A model generated the notes under the pieces. The model saw only the letters and a program-made list of their open reading frames with translations, made no database searches and was not told where the DNA came from. From NCBI GenBank assembly GCA_951406725.2, contig OX597814.1, positions 74,152,001-74,216,000 of the forward strand: DNA of 64,000 nucleotides, given 5' to 3'. Shown here one piece after another: positions 26,724-39,195 of the stretch (position 1 is the first letter of the stretch; each line of letters opens with the position of its first letter). This DNA is from Octopus vulgaris (Eukaryota). A program made the translations under genes and the position numbers.

Positions 26724-29160
26724 CTTCGTTATTTCTGCACTGATGTAAGCCAAATGCATGGCACTAAATAAATATATTGGAATTAATAATACAAAACGCC
26801 AGTCTTTCGTGAAAATTAGAACAGATTTTATGTCTCTCCACAACTTTTCACAGTTTCTGGCTGTTTGAGGTAAACTGTTTCTGTAATTAGAAGTGAGAGG
26901 ATCCACAAAAAAGAAAATAATAGCAAAGGCTAATATATCTAAACCAGTAAAGATAGCAGTCAACAAAAAAATAATATTTTGTGATATTGGTATACTTTTC
27001 TCATCCTCATGTTTTAAATGGTTGTAGTTTATACCACATTGCTGATTCTTATGAGTGATATTGGTAATTGCTTCTAGAGTAGAATTTTTATAATAGAAGT
27101 CTGTCTGATTCTGTTCATTAAGTGAAGAACCAGTTTCACTGCTGCTTAGTATTAAAGATGAAATTAAATTCCCAAATACTTCTGAGAAAAACAATATCAA
27201 ATAAAACACACCATGAAATTTACTACAAATATGTTCAGTCTTTTTTCCTTTCTTAATGGCATAATCACAGGCAAGCCGTTGAATATATATTCCTTGAGCA
27301 CCCCAAGATACAGCATTCCAAAATCCAAGCATTGCTGATGCTGGCATAAGAATATAGATACTGGGGTAACAATTGCTAATTACATATAGGATATGAAATA
27401 GAACAGTTACAAGGGTGGCTCGGCGAGGTTCAAGTTCTTTAACAACATAAGATGCAAATAAAGATCCTATAACAAAAAACGCAAAAAGACAAGACAATGT
27501 GATAAGTCCAACACCATTACTGTTGTTAATACTGCTCTGCAAATGACGCAATGATCCAAATGCCATGTACATGACCATGAATCCAATACTGTATGCAATT
27601 AAATTCTTCCAGTGATTTGTAGTTTTTACTGTTTCAGAAGATATGACAGAAATATTGTCCTCATAAGTTTCTTGAATATTCTTCAAAGAAGATATATGCA
27701 TTAATGATATATTAGAATAACTGTTGTTTAAGTTATTTAGCATATGAATGCATGCATCGGACAAGTTCACATGCTCTTGGCTTGAACAGTGAGAAGTGGA
27801 AATTAAGTTTGAGCTTCCAAGAAAATGAAGCAAAGGAACATTTTTTTCTTTGCTGAAAGTAGGTTCAATCTCTGATATGTTACTGTTGCTGAAATTTTTA
27901 GAATAAAGAGAATCAATTGAAATTATTTCAGAATCAATAAGTGGCAAAGTGCTATCACAACTATCTTGCTTTTCCAAAGCAACCACTTCCTGAATGGCCT
28001 CTCCATATTGTTGCTTCTCATTACCATTCAGTTGAGAGGCTTCCAAACATGTCTGTGAGAATTCTGCAGAGATTTCAGGGGTGTTACTGTCCATAACTGA
28101 TGGAGAATGGGGGTCAAAGTTTTTCATTAACGAACAATCTTGACTACATTCAACCAGAGAGGAATCCTTATCATAAAAGTGCCAAGTTGTTGCAGTATCA
28201 TTGATGTTATTACTTGTGGAATGTGTTAACAAAGAATTATTCATCATACTTAGTTCTGCCATCTTCTGGTCACATTGATTTATAATCTCACCACCAGGTG
28301 CATCACCATTTTGATGTAAAAACGTTTTCTCTGTAAAGTTTTTTATTTCATTAGTTGATTGACTTGATGCTAATTCAGGATTATCAATAAATTTTGTATA
28401 ATATTTGACCCTAGAATTAATTGATTCTGTTTGATCCATAAATGCTTCTTGCAGTTGTTTTGCTTCAGGTATTATAAATAATTCTTTAGAATCATTGAGT
28501 TTATTTTCATAAGAGAGAAACGTATCTGTGGATGGATTGTTTAAATTCAAAGGAGTGATGTAGTTGTCACTTTTATTTTCTGTAACATTTGGTAAGATGT
28601 TACAATGATCTGAAGCAGTGGTATGCGCAAGCTCATAATTATTATATTCTTCAGGCTCACCATTACTAACTTCATCCCCAGACATACTTAAAAGTGAAAC
28701 ATCACTGTCTGATTGATTTCTCTCAGAATAGACATTACAAATATCTAAAGGATTTAAGACCTCTACAGACATATCACTTTCAACTGATGAACTGAGCAGA
28801 GGAACATCACTATCAACACAATAATTCAGGTTTTCTTCTTCATAATATATGTCCATTGCCTTAGTTTTCTCAGCAGTTAGCATACTATCGAAGTTTTCAA
28901 TAGCGAGTATATCTACGCCACCAGGTTCCACTTGTGGACTATTAGTTTTATCTTTTAAATCTATAATAATTCCATCTTGTGGGGCAAAGCCATTTGAGTC
29001 AGACTCCAAAGATACCCCAGTGATAAGAGTATTATCAACATCTTCAATTACATTGTTTTCTTTACAGATATGATTCACTGAGTTGACATCTTCATGAAAT
29101 AAATTGTCTGAGGTAGAAGTTGTTTCTCCCTTTAGTTGCATTTCATGTTCACAAGGATAA
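26724..29160 (-). CDS. UNC93A: UNC-93-like MFS membrane protein, 2437-bp exon encoding the long acidic N-terminal region plus roughly TM1-7
   Basis: ORF 26700..29231 contains UNC-93 motifs (WKNLIAYSIGFMVMYMAFGSLRHLQSSIN, YPSIYILMPASAMLG, WGAQGIYI, SEVFGNLISSLIL, LLIPIYLFSA). Acceptor ttttttcag at 29161 and donor AAG|gtaggt at 26723. The symbol denotes UNC93A-like; orthology is not tested. Confidence 0.93.
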
Positions 29161-30214
29161 CTGAAAAAACAAAATATTGTCAAAATAGTTAATTTTGAAT
29201 ATTCATTTTTAGTTTTTTCAGAAAACTTCATTACAATAGAAATCTGTAATATTTTATATTAGAATATAAAAATTACAGAAAGAGATATAAGTGAAATATG
29301 ATTATTTGAGAATTAGTCTACTCATTAACAAATCTGTCATTCTTTTAAGCAGTAATGTATTTATAATTACGGAGATGTACCTGCATAGCAAGTGACCTGA
29401 TCTGAGATCGTGTGCTGGAACAAGAACAACTGCAGCGTGGAAGGTGTTTATAAGCCATTTGAGAAACACACAAAGTCCGTTAGATTCACTTCAACATTTA
29501 AATTTAATTTGTCAAAATATTTTCGTCGCTTTGAGACCGCGACCTGTCCACTGGCAAAATTCCGTACTGCATTTGTTGTATTTATAATGCTGAACATTAT
29601 ATAATGTAACTTGAACATAATTTTATAAAATAAAGAGATACAAAGAGTTGCAAACACTGGGATCTGAGACACATTTGTTTAGAATAGCTAACTGGTTAAC
29701 AAATAACTTATTTTTACTTGATGTGTTTAGTCAAAAGAGAATACTTAGTGACAGTGAGAGAAAAAAATATTGTAAAGAGAGAAAGATAGAAGAGAAAATA
29801 ATTAACGGTCAGCAGCTTGTGTGAGAGGCAATCATGCAACCAGATAATGAAATTGAGGGAGGGATGAGGGGGGAAAATGAGAGAAAAAGATATGGTCTGA
29901 GATGTGATAGAAAACAAAAAGGGGGATGAAGCTCTACAATGATGGAAAGATAATATAGTAGGGGTGTAGAGAGTGACAGAATGACGAAAATATAGTGAGC
30001 GATCAAGGCAGAGAGAGAGAGAGAGAGAAGGATTTGTGCATGATATTTAAGGATGTCGGGAAATGAAGAAAAAAGGCGGAAGATTTTGACTGAAAAGGAA
30101 AATTGAGTGCAGGAATAAAAAAGTTTTAAAAAACAGGAGTAGCTGATAGGCAGAAATAAGAACATCATTTCTGTGAGTATTAAGGGAGTTTATAATGACT
30201 AATATATTGCAACT

Positions 30215-30380
30215 AAGGCGGCGAGAATCGTCAGCACGTCAGACAAAATGTTAAGCGGCATTTCTTCCAGCTCAAATCTCGCCGAGGTCAACTTAGCTTT
30301 CCATCCCTCAGGGGTCAATAAAACCAAGTATCAGTCAAATACTGGAATCGATGTGGTCGATTTGTCCCCTACCCTCAAAA
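30215..30380 (+). mobile_element. SINE family A partial copy
   Basis: aaggcggcgag...ctcaaatctcgccgaggtcaacttagctttccatccc. Confidence 0.7.
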
Positions 30381-30675
30381 TGTCTAGCATGCAACAGACC
30401 TGCGACCCATTCAGAGGAATATCACGATCTCAACCGACTAGCCGGTCTGCTGAATCCTAGGGCTCGTGAAAAAAGAATATTGGAAATAGTTTTGATGATT
30501 AAAAAAAAAAACTTTAAATGTTGATGTGTAGTTAATATTTTCTCTACAAAAAAAAAAATGTAGCAGGTTTGTTCCAGTGATCACATAAACATATATTACA
30601 ACTGTAAATTCTAAAGAAATTACAACGAAGAACCAGAATAATAAAATATAATACATTGATTAAATATATTAAATA

Positions 30676-31210
30676 CTGGCAGTATCGCCCGGCGTTGCTC
30701 GGGTTTGTAAGGGAAATAACTATATAAGCATTTTTAGAGAGTTATAGCAAAAAAAATGCATTAAAAATGGAATAAAAAATGATGATAATTTTTTTTTAAA
30801 TCGTTGACTCAGTGTCTTCAAGCCATGAAGTCGTTGTTCTAAAAGAACGCTGGTCTCCTCGACAACGCATTACGACTTTGATTTCCTTACACTCCCTTCC
30901 CCACAGCTTCACGAGGGAGGGAAGAAGGGGGGAAGCAAACACAGGTGCAGGTGTTTGAGCGTGGACGCCAACTCCGCCGCCATCGACACACGAAAAATTA
31001 TGCATTAAAATGGAATAAAAAATGATGTTAAATTATTTTTTAAATCGTAGACTCATCGTAGACGCGCTCTAATAGCCAGACGGGCTCGATATTAATCACG
31101 ACTATAAGATACCCGAATTTGGTTAAACTGCACCGCAAAATGTGGGAGGAGTTAGGAATCTAAATCGAAGGGGACAGACACTCACACAACTACAGTTTTA
31201 TATATATAGA
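30676..31210 (-). mobile_element. Non-autonomous Helitron, copy 1
   Basis: On the minus strand: A|TC start, 3' hairpin cccgagcaacgccggg and CCAG|T end (variant of CTAG). Confidence 0.8.
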
Positions 31211-31423
31211 TATTTAATAATTTTTTAAGTACAAAATATATTTCTCAAAGGAGTCCAATATATAATAAACGATTCCAGATTATTCTTGTATGGCTGACGA
31301 AATATTGCACGTGACTCAAAGAATCTGGTGGATTCACTTTCGATATTGAATCAAACGCTGCTACTCTTGTGAAATATGTATTTTATACAATTATTGTAAA
31401 CTTAAAAAACGTATATATATATA

Positions 31424-31929
31424 TCTATATATATAAAACTCTAGTTGTGTGAGTGTCTGTCCCCTTCGATTTAGATTCCTAACTCCTCCCACATTTTGCG
31501 GTGCAGTTTAACCAAATTCGGGTATCTTATAGTCGTGATTCATATCGAGCCCGTCTGACTATTAGCGCGCGTCAACGATGAGTCTACGATTTTAAAAATA
31601 ATTTAACATCATTTTTTATTCCATTTTAATGCATAAAATGCATCGTATGTCGATGGCGGCGGAGTTGGCGTCCACGCTCACAGCTGCACCTGTTTGCTTC
31701 TCCCCCTTCCCTCCCTCGTGAAGCTGTGGGGAAGGGAGTGTAAAGAAATCAACGTCGTAATGCGTTGTGAAGGAAACCGGCGTTCTTTTAGAACAACGAC
31801 TTCATGGCTTGAAGACACCAAAACAAAAATGGCTAAGAAAGCCCGAATTTATAAGGGAAGTAACTCTCTAAAAATGCTTATATAGTTATTTCCCTTACAA
31901 ACCCGAGCAACGCCGGGCGATACTGCTAG
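31424..31929 (+). mobile_element. Non-autonomous Helitron, copy 2 (inverted relative to copy 1)
   Basis: A|TCTATATATATAAAA start, subterminal hairpin cccgagcaacgccggg and CTAG|T end; no TSD. Confidence 0.88.
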
Positions 31930-32175
31930 TATATATATATAAGTTGAAATTTTTTTAGAAAATTTTATGATGTTCAGGTTTGCATTGTTTTCTATTATCC
32001 TGATTTGGTATCTTATGTTACAGTGCAAAATAAAAAGATATCAGAAAATGAGCAAGAAAACTGGAAATAAAATTAAAATATTTGTGTCTAGGTACAGAAC
32101 TTCGTGTTATTTTAGTTAAATTGTTGAATAATATTACATGACATGAAGAACCGAAAAACAGTATAGGGGTTCAGG

Positions 32176-32565
32176 CAGCGCTGGATTAACCATTAAACAA
32201 AATAAGCATGTGCTTAGGGCATCAAGGGAAGACTGGAGCACCACAGAAATGGTAAATGGTTTACAAAAGAAATCACTTTAAACTTGCTAAAATATTATTC
32301 GGGATGCCTTTATCTACTTATATAGATGCAGATGTGACATCTAAAGACTTTGCAATTTAAAAAAGTAGGAGGCAACTTTTCAAATATAAATAAAGTGAAA
32401 GTATACAAAAACAAACATTATTTTCCCCACTTATTGTTTTGTTTTGAAAAATAAAAATATATTTTATGGTTTGTTATTGTTTATATTTTGAATTAGATAA
32501 TCTTTTATGGGGGCAGCAAAATCTTTTATGTGATTAGGGCCTCGATGGGTCTTAATCTGGCCCTG
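32176..32565. mobile_element. hAT-like MITE
   Basis: TIRs cagcgctggattaa / ttaatctggccctg; imperfect 8-bp TSD ggttcagg / gtttcagg. Confidence 0.65.
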
Positions 32566-32867
32566 GTTTCAGGATGTACTAAGTTTGTTGTTAACTATAA
32601 ATAATGTAATAAAAGCTGGGCTTTATATTGTAAACAAAGCCCAGACAAACCTCGATTATCTTACATGCTAGCAGAAACGCTAAGAACACTGACAAAAGTT
32701 CTTTCATGCCGTAAGTTTCCATGCGAGAGAAAAATATTAATATGTTGAATATAAAAAATTTACTGTGAAAGTTAACTCATAAATTAACAAAATAACACGA
32801 CGTATATTGTTTTTTTTTAAATTTTACCAAGTAGCTTTCACTTTTACCAACTCGTCTTAAAAATAAT

Positions 32868-33471
32868 AATGGTTTCAAATTTTACCATAAGGGCAGCCAC
32901 TTTGGAGGAAGGAATGAGTCGATTACATCGACCCTCGGTATTTCACTGGTACTTATTTATCGACCTCGAAAGGATGAAAAGCAAAGTCGTCGAGGCAAGA
33001 CTTCCGCTCCCCCGACGGAATTTGAACTCAGAATGTAGCGGCAGACGAAATACTGCGTGCTAACGATTCTGCCAGCTCGCCGCCTTTATAAACCTTTCTA
33101 CTATAGGCACAAGGCCTGAAATTTTGGGGGAGGGGATTAATCAACCCAGTGTTTCATTGGTACTTAATTTATTGACCCCGAAAGGATGAAGGACGAAGTC
33201 GACCTCAACGGAATTTGGATTCAGAACGTAGCGACAGACGAAATACCTATTTCTTTACAACCCAAAAGGGGCTAAACACAGAAAGGACAGACAAACGGAT
33301 TAAGTCGATTATATCGGCCCCAGTGCGTAACTGGTACTTATTTAATTGACCCCGAAAAGATGAAAGGCAAAGTCGACCTCGGCGGAATTTGAACTCGGAA
33401 CGTAGCGGCAGACGAAATACCGCGAAGCATTTTGCCCGGCGTGCTAAAGATTCTGCCAGCTCGCCACCTTA
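32868..33471 (-). mobile_element. Cluster of SINE family A copies (simple copy 32868-33085, compound copy 33090-33471)
   Basis: Repeated cgaaaggatgaaaggcaaagtcgacctcggcggaatttgaactc and ctgccagctcgcc tRNA-like head. Confidence 0.85.
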
Positions 33472-33472
33472 A

Positions 33473-33715
33473 TCTCTCTATAAAACTGAAGTTGTCTGTG
33501 TATGGCAGGTTTGGTAGCCTTCAACTAACACTATCTCCTCCGAGACCCTGCGGCGCAAGTTGACCAAGATTGAGAGTATGATAGAAGAAGGCTTGCTCTT
33601 TCTTTCGTAGAAGAAAAATTCAAATCGGACCATGTTAACGCCAAAAATTATTTACATCAAAAAGGTGCTTTTTTTCTATGAAAATCCCTATTTTTTACGA
33701 TTTTTTTCACTCCTA
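33473..33715 (+). mobile_element. Probable Helitron-like non-autonomous fragment
   Basis: A|TC start followed by tataaaactgaagttgtctgtgt, resembling the 5' ends of the two Helitron copies above. Confidence 0.4.
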
Positions 33716-34318
33716 GTTCGAGGATACGATCAAAATGCATTCCCGCCAAGACCATATTGTTTGTTTGATCTAAGTTTACATTATCCAAAAAAAGATGATT
33801 TTAGATTTTTCTTTTAATGATAGTATGATTCAATGGAAATTTGGCTGTTATTTCTAGCAGGTCGAGCGACCACGGAGATGCTATTTCATTGGTTCGTGTA
33901 TCCGGGTTTACGTTTACGTGTACAGAAGAGTTATGTCAGTCTTCTATTACAACTACATTAAAGATCTCAATTTATAGCGATTGAATTGATACATCCTAGA
34001 TGTCATGCCCCATCATCCTACTTCTTAGCTCAACCCCACGAGATAAAGATGAACAAACGCCCTTTATCGAAATATTAGATCGAACCAGGTATCATGGCTG
34101 ATAGGAGGTGGGAGACAATGAAGAATATTTATTACATTTTTGACTTTGAAAAAAAAAAAAAATTTTTAACAATGTTTAACCTTATATTTTAAAAATATCA
34201 TCTAGCATATGACCCTATTTAAACGCATTAAAAAAAAAAAACACTATATAACATTTTCAGAACACTATTTCAGTAAATTATCTCCGTTCTCTTTGAGCAT
34301 ACAAAACACAAATTTAAC

Positions 34319-34653
34319 TGGGGCAAAATGAGTAAGTCAAAATAAAGTTAATTTTACTCTTCAATCCTCCAGACTTAAATTTGAAAAAAAGACTCATACA
34401 TATCAATATCCAACCTTAGACGTCAGGAAGATCAGAAATGCGACAAAAGTTTAAAATATCTATGTCAAATCTCAGAGGATCATGGAAAAATGGCACATAT
34501 GAAATTAGCGAAACTCGACTAAATCTAAAAACTCAACAGAATACTTTCTATATCTTGTTCACGATATGCTGGAATGGTTCTCTTCATAATATATTCACGC
34601 AACATGCAGCGAAAAAGAAATAATTGAAATTAGTCATTACTCATTTTGCCCCA
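34319..34653. mobile_element. Small TIR element remnant
   Basis: Perfect 17-bp inverted repeat tggggcaaaatgagtaa / ttactcattttgcccca. Confidence 0.5.
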
Positions 34654-35689
34654 CTTTGAACACTTAACATTTTTTTTCTTTTGAAAAGTGAAAATGATCA
34701 AATTAGACATAAGTGCGTGTGTGTGTGTGTGAGGGGGAATTGACTTGGAATCCAACAGAGAAAAAATTTCGGGAGAAAATAACAAGAAATCAGAAGTTAC
34801 ACATTTTACCCCACCCTCTATATTTTATAGAGCTTGGAAAGAAAAACGAAAAAGAAAGTTGAATATGGCCGGACTTGAGCTCCGAACCTAATAGCTGTAA
34901 CTGAATATTGCAGACATTCTAATAATTCCGTCAATCCATCGCTATACTTTGATTACTAATAAGCAAAAACAATAAATAAGCAAAGAAGTTTTATTTTATT
35001 GCGTAATAATTTGAAGCATCGAATATATTAGATGAACAGAAAACATTAACTAACTGGTCATACATACACAATACGGAAAACCAAATTTAAGGTGGAAATG
35101 CTAGCAACAGAATTTATTTTGTTTTCCAGGCAATCTTGAATCACATTATTAATTGAAAGTTTACAATAAATGAATATATATATATAATTATTTGAAGGAA
35201 TCATTTGCATCAAGGTATTTAAATAATAGCTCCAAGTTAGGATCGAGATTAGCATATCCGTGTATATACCATATAGGGACACTCACGCATATATCAATGC
35301 ATATACAGAAACATCCTAACACATACATACACATGAATATATATAATATATATCATATAAATATACGTTTATACATTTTTTACACACACACACATAATTT
35401 ATCTGAAGAATCAACTCAAAATATGTAAATGATTTGGTAGAAATGTAAAATTTAAGTCATATATGTTAGAGCATGTGATGTATAGAAGTATTATTTCGGA
35501 CATATCCTGCAATTATTAGCCCTATGGCTGCAGCGGATGACTAGGTGAACCATCCACTATTTATATTATATATTTTCTTACTGAAACAACGCAACTCTTA
35601 GAATAAAAACAGGAGAAATAGAATTTAATATATAAGATAGAAAATTTGCATAATAAACTATGTGAAGTTTACATAACCCTAGTTATGCC

Positions 35690-35725
<36 letters not shown>

Positions 35726-35730
35726 ATATG

Positions 35731-35773
<43 letters not shown>

Positions 35774-36276
35774 ATGCATCAGTGGGATTTGAAATTACCA
35801 CATGGTACTTTTATCCGTCGCTTTGCTGATTTGGTAAAGTAACTGACTGTGCCAATAATGCATTACTTTATTTTCAGTGATTTATATTCAAGCATCGTAT
35901 ATTTTGATAAAACAAAACAAAAGAAAACGAAGTAACAGCAATAATAATTTCGTTAATCTTTAGAATATCGTCGTACTAATAATACTGATTAAATATTAAG
36001 TTGGTATGTATTGAATAACAATGACGATGACGTTTCAACTACTAAATAAAAATTCTCTTGACCCTTTTAAAGAATACTTTTATAGCTAATAAATTCAATT
36101 TATGTCATTATGTCTATATTTACCATTTTCAAGCATTCGTGTCACTAAATAACTCTTGAATTAGGATTACAATTTTATTTGTGATTATTAATATAGTATA
36201 ACTACATAGTATCATACAAAAAATATATTACTATGAAGTTACAAAATGAAAAATAGATTTCGAAGCCTGGACTCAC

Positions 36277-36311
36277 CTTTTATGCTTATGCGTTTGGTTG
36301 TTTAGCTCCAT
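36277..36311 (-). CDS. UNC-93-like gene, putative first coding exon (MELNNQTHKHK + 2 nt)
   Basis: ATG in a strong context (gcaaacATGg) and donor AAAG|gtgagt. The phase-2 end AG joins the T at 29160 to give AGT(S)-TAT-CCT-TGT, in frame with the 843-aa ORF. CRE and GC box lie ~240 bp upstream. Confidence 0.7.
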
Positions 36312-36548
36312 GTTTGCTGGGAAAATGAAACAATCAAAATTTTTCTTAAGGTCCATTTTTTTCTTATGATAATCGACTTATAGTAAGTCAAAATGAACAA
36401 AGAAGAAACGTATCGCTTTCTTCGTAAAGGAAAAGATACACTAAACAAAAATACAGGCAATTAGATAGACAATTCAAAGCAGATAAATTCAGGAATTACT
36501 TGCAGTGCGTCTTCGGAGTTTAATAATCTGACAAAAGCCCCTCAATTG

Positions 36549-36574
36549 ATGACGTCATGAGAAGTAGGCGGAGC
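36549..36574 (-). promoter_or_regulatory. Candidate proximal promoter of the UNC-93-like gene: palindromic CRE/ATF site plus GC-box-like motif
   Basis: ATGACGTCAT perfect palindrome at 36549-36558 (TGACGTCA core) and AGGCGGAGC at 36566-36574, in unique sequence ~240 bp upstream of the proposed ATG. Confidence 0.55.
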
Positions 36575-37218
36575 TAATAAAGAGTTTACTCCATTTAGCG
36601 ATCATTCTTGTTTGTCATTATCGATTCCATTTTCTTTTCACTGCTGCTTATTTTAGTTGAATAGCGCAAACATCTGTGCTGAAACAGCAGTGTTCAATAA
36701 AAATGCAGAAAAGATAGTAGGATGAATAATGTAATGCAACGACTACATATCGATTACCAAAATAGATACAAAATCTTAGATTGATAAGAGAAATGAAACA
36801 TATTTGACGTTCATGATTTTTTTCATCTATCTCTCTAGACATAACGGTAATAAAAAAAAAAATACACCTAAGATTGAATGAAAGAGATATTAGATGAAAT
36901 TAACAAAAAGTGTTGAAATGCTATTTAGTAAAAATACCGAAAAAAAATTGTAATTAGAGTATGCATAAATACTACGCTGATTTCTTTCCACATAAATGCC
37001 CGCACATATGCACATAATGGCTACAGTTATTGCCGCAGTGATGTTTTGAACAACTACTGTGATGGGTTTTGCTAAACGACGAAGATACTGAGGTGAATGT
37101 TTTGGCTAGTACTTGATGTTTTTGTAAGAGATTAGAATATTTTTGTACGTACGTACGTACATACAGACAGACAGACAGACGGACACACACACACACACAT
37201 ACAATACATACAATACAT

Positions 37219-37273
<55 letters not shown>

Positions 37274-37459
37274 TACATACATACATACATACATACATCA
37301 TTTAACGTCCGTGTTCCAGGCTGGCATGGATGGGAGGTTTGACAGGATACGATGGGCCCAAGAATTGCATCATGCTCTCATGTCTGCTTTAGCATGGTTT
37401 CTATGGCTGGATACTCTTACAAAAGCCAATCACTTTACAGCATGTACTGGGCGCTTTTT

Positions 37460-37887
37460 GGATCTTTTCGGTTTGAACAGCAGTTTTTAAAAATAATTTC
37501 CACGTAACTAAACACTTTTAAACTTTGTATACTGGTAGAATATGTTTATAAAACATCTTTCTCTCTTGGCTTTATTGAGAAAATTCTATAGTTTGTAAGA
37601 TATTTGTTGTTTTTTTCTTCAATTTCTGCAATTTCAACCAATCAATGACGTCTATTGGGGTGAAAACATTCTGTACCGTATGAAAATGTCCCTTGTTTAA
37701 GAAACAGATTGGGTTTATTTACATTTCTGAAGAAAAAAAGATACCCTTTCCCCCACCCCTAACCCTAACTCTAACCCTTACCCTAAAATAGATTTAAATG
37801 CAATAGATCGATACTAGGGTCATAATTATGGGTGACAATTTCATATGACACCGCTAGAAAAAACTGCCGTTCAAACCGAAAAGATCC
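37460..37887. mobile_element. MITE with 27-bp TIRs and a perfect 8-bp TSD (Merlin- or hAT-type), nested in a family-B repeat
   Basis: ggatcttttcggtttgaacagcagttt / aaactgccgttcaaaccgaaaagatcc; CGCTTTTT at 37452-37459 and 37888-37895. Internal (CCCTAA)-like tract. Confidence 0.9.
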
Positions 37888-38816
37888 CGCTTTTTTCATG
37901 TCTACAACACTAATGCGATTGCCGGAGATGAGGGGTTAACGTATAGAAGAGCAGGATTTATGGTTGTAGAGGAGCTTCATGGTGACTCATATTTAGAAGA
38001 GAAGATGAAAATGAACGGTAGGGGCTGGAAAGAAATAAAATAGTAGTGATGATGTGTCCGGGTGGCCTTTCAAGGTACGAAGAATGAGTGGAGGAGTATG
38101 AGATTAGATAATCGTTTTGCAAAAAGTAAATGGGGAAGCGAGAGATGAGGACTGAGAGAGGAGAGGTAGGCAACAACTGTAAAGACTGGCTAAGATTAAA
38201 GGGTGGATGTTGAGACCGGGGAAGAGAGGCAGGTAAATAATAATGATAGAAGTAGACAGGGGAAGGACAAGAAAGAGAGAGATTTATACGTATGTTATAT
38301 ATGTGTGTCTATATGTATATATATGTGTGTGTGTGTGTATTATACACCCTCACACGCGCACGTGTGCGTAAATCTATCAACGACGGTCTTTGGTTCACCA
38401 AATTCATTTACAAGGTTTTGGTCGGCCAGGAGTAGAGCCGGCTCAAGGCACCGGCAACTCGAGTAGTCGTCCGGAGCGCCATGTGCTGCGGGTGGGATGG
38501 GGGGTGTCAAGGAGGGCGTGACAAAGACAAGGAAATTTCCACGACCGTCATCTTGTACACGCCGAAGTTCAGCTTGCTCGGGGCGCCAGCAACCCTAGGG
38601 TCGGCCCTGACCAGGGGCTATAATGAACGACACTTGTCCAAGATTGCTATACAATAGAACTAAACACGGAATTATGTGGTTGAGAAGCAGCACAACTACA
38701 CCTATAATTTCTTTATTGTGTTTGCAAATTTATTTATCTATCAATCTTTTCTGTCTGTCTATTTATCATCTATCAGTCTATCTGTGTGTGTGTATGTGTG
38801 TGTGTGTGTTTGTGTT

Positions 38817-38886
<70 letters not shown>

Positions 38887-39195
38887 GCAAAGATAATCTG
38901 GAACTCGACTGAAGAAAGAAAACTCCGAATGACCCGTCCTTGTTTTCTTTGTATCGTCTATCTGGATGTTTTGCGTTCTTGTCCCATTTTGTATTTTATA
39001 TATATATATATAGTCGAACAATATATTACTTCCCCTTCATCTTCCCTTGGTGTACCTCTTCTAATATACTACTGGTTATGGTACATAACCAGCAAGTCTG
39101 AAAAAACGTCAATATTGCCCAGTAACAATATTCGATGCGAAATCAATGCTAACACTCTGACCAGCCTATATCATTTGACTATATCTGCTCTGTTA

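Noticed and set aside
29161-29231. ORF-track start MKFSEKTK... of the 843-aa ORF
   Set aside because: It lies upstream of a strong acceptor (ttttttcag at 29161), so it is probably intronic read-through. The VGNMIIN tail after the donor at 26723 is likewise intronic.
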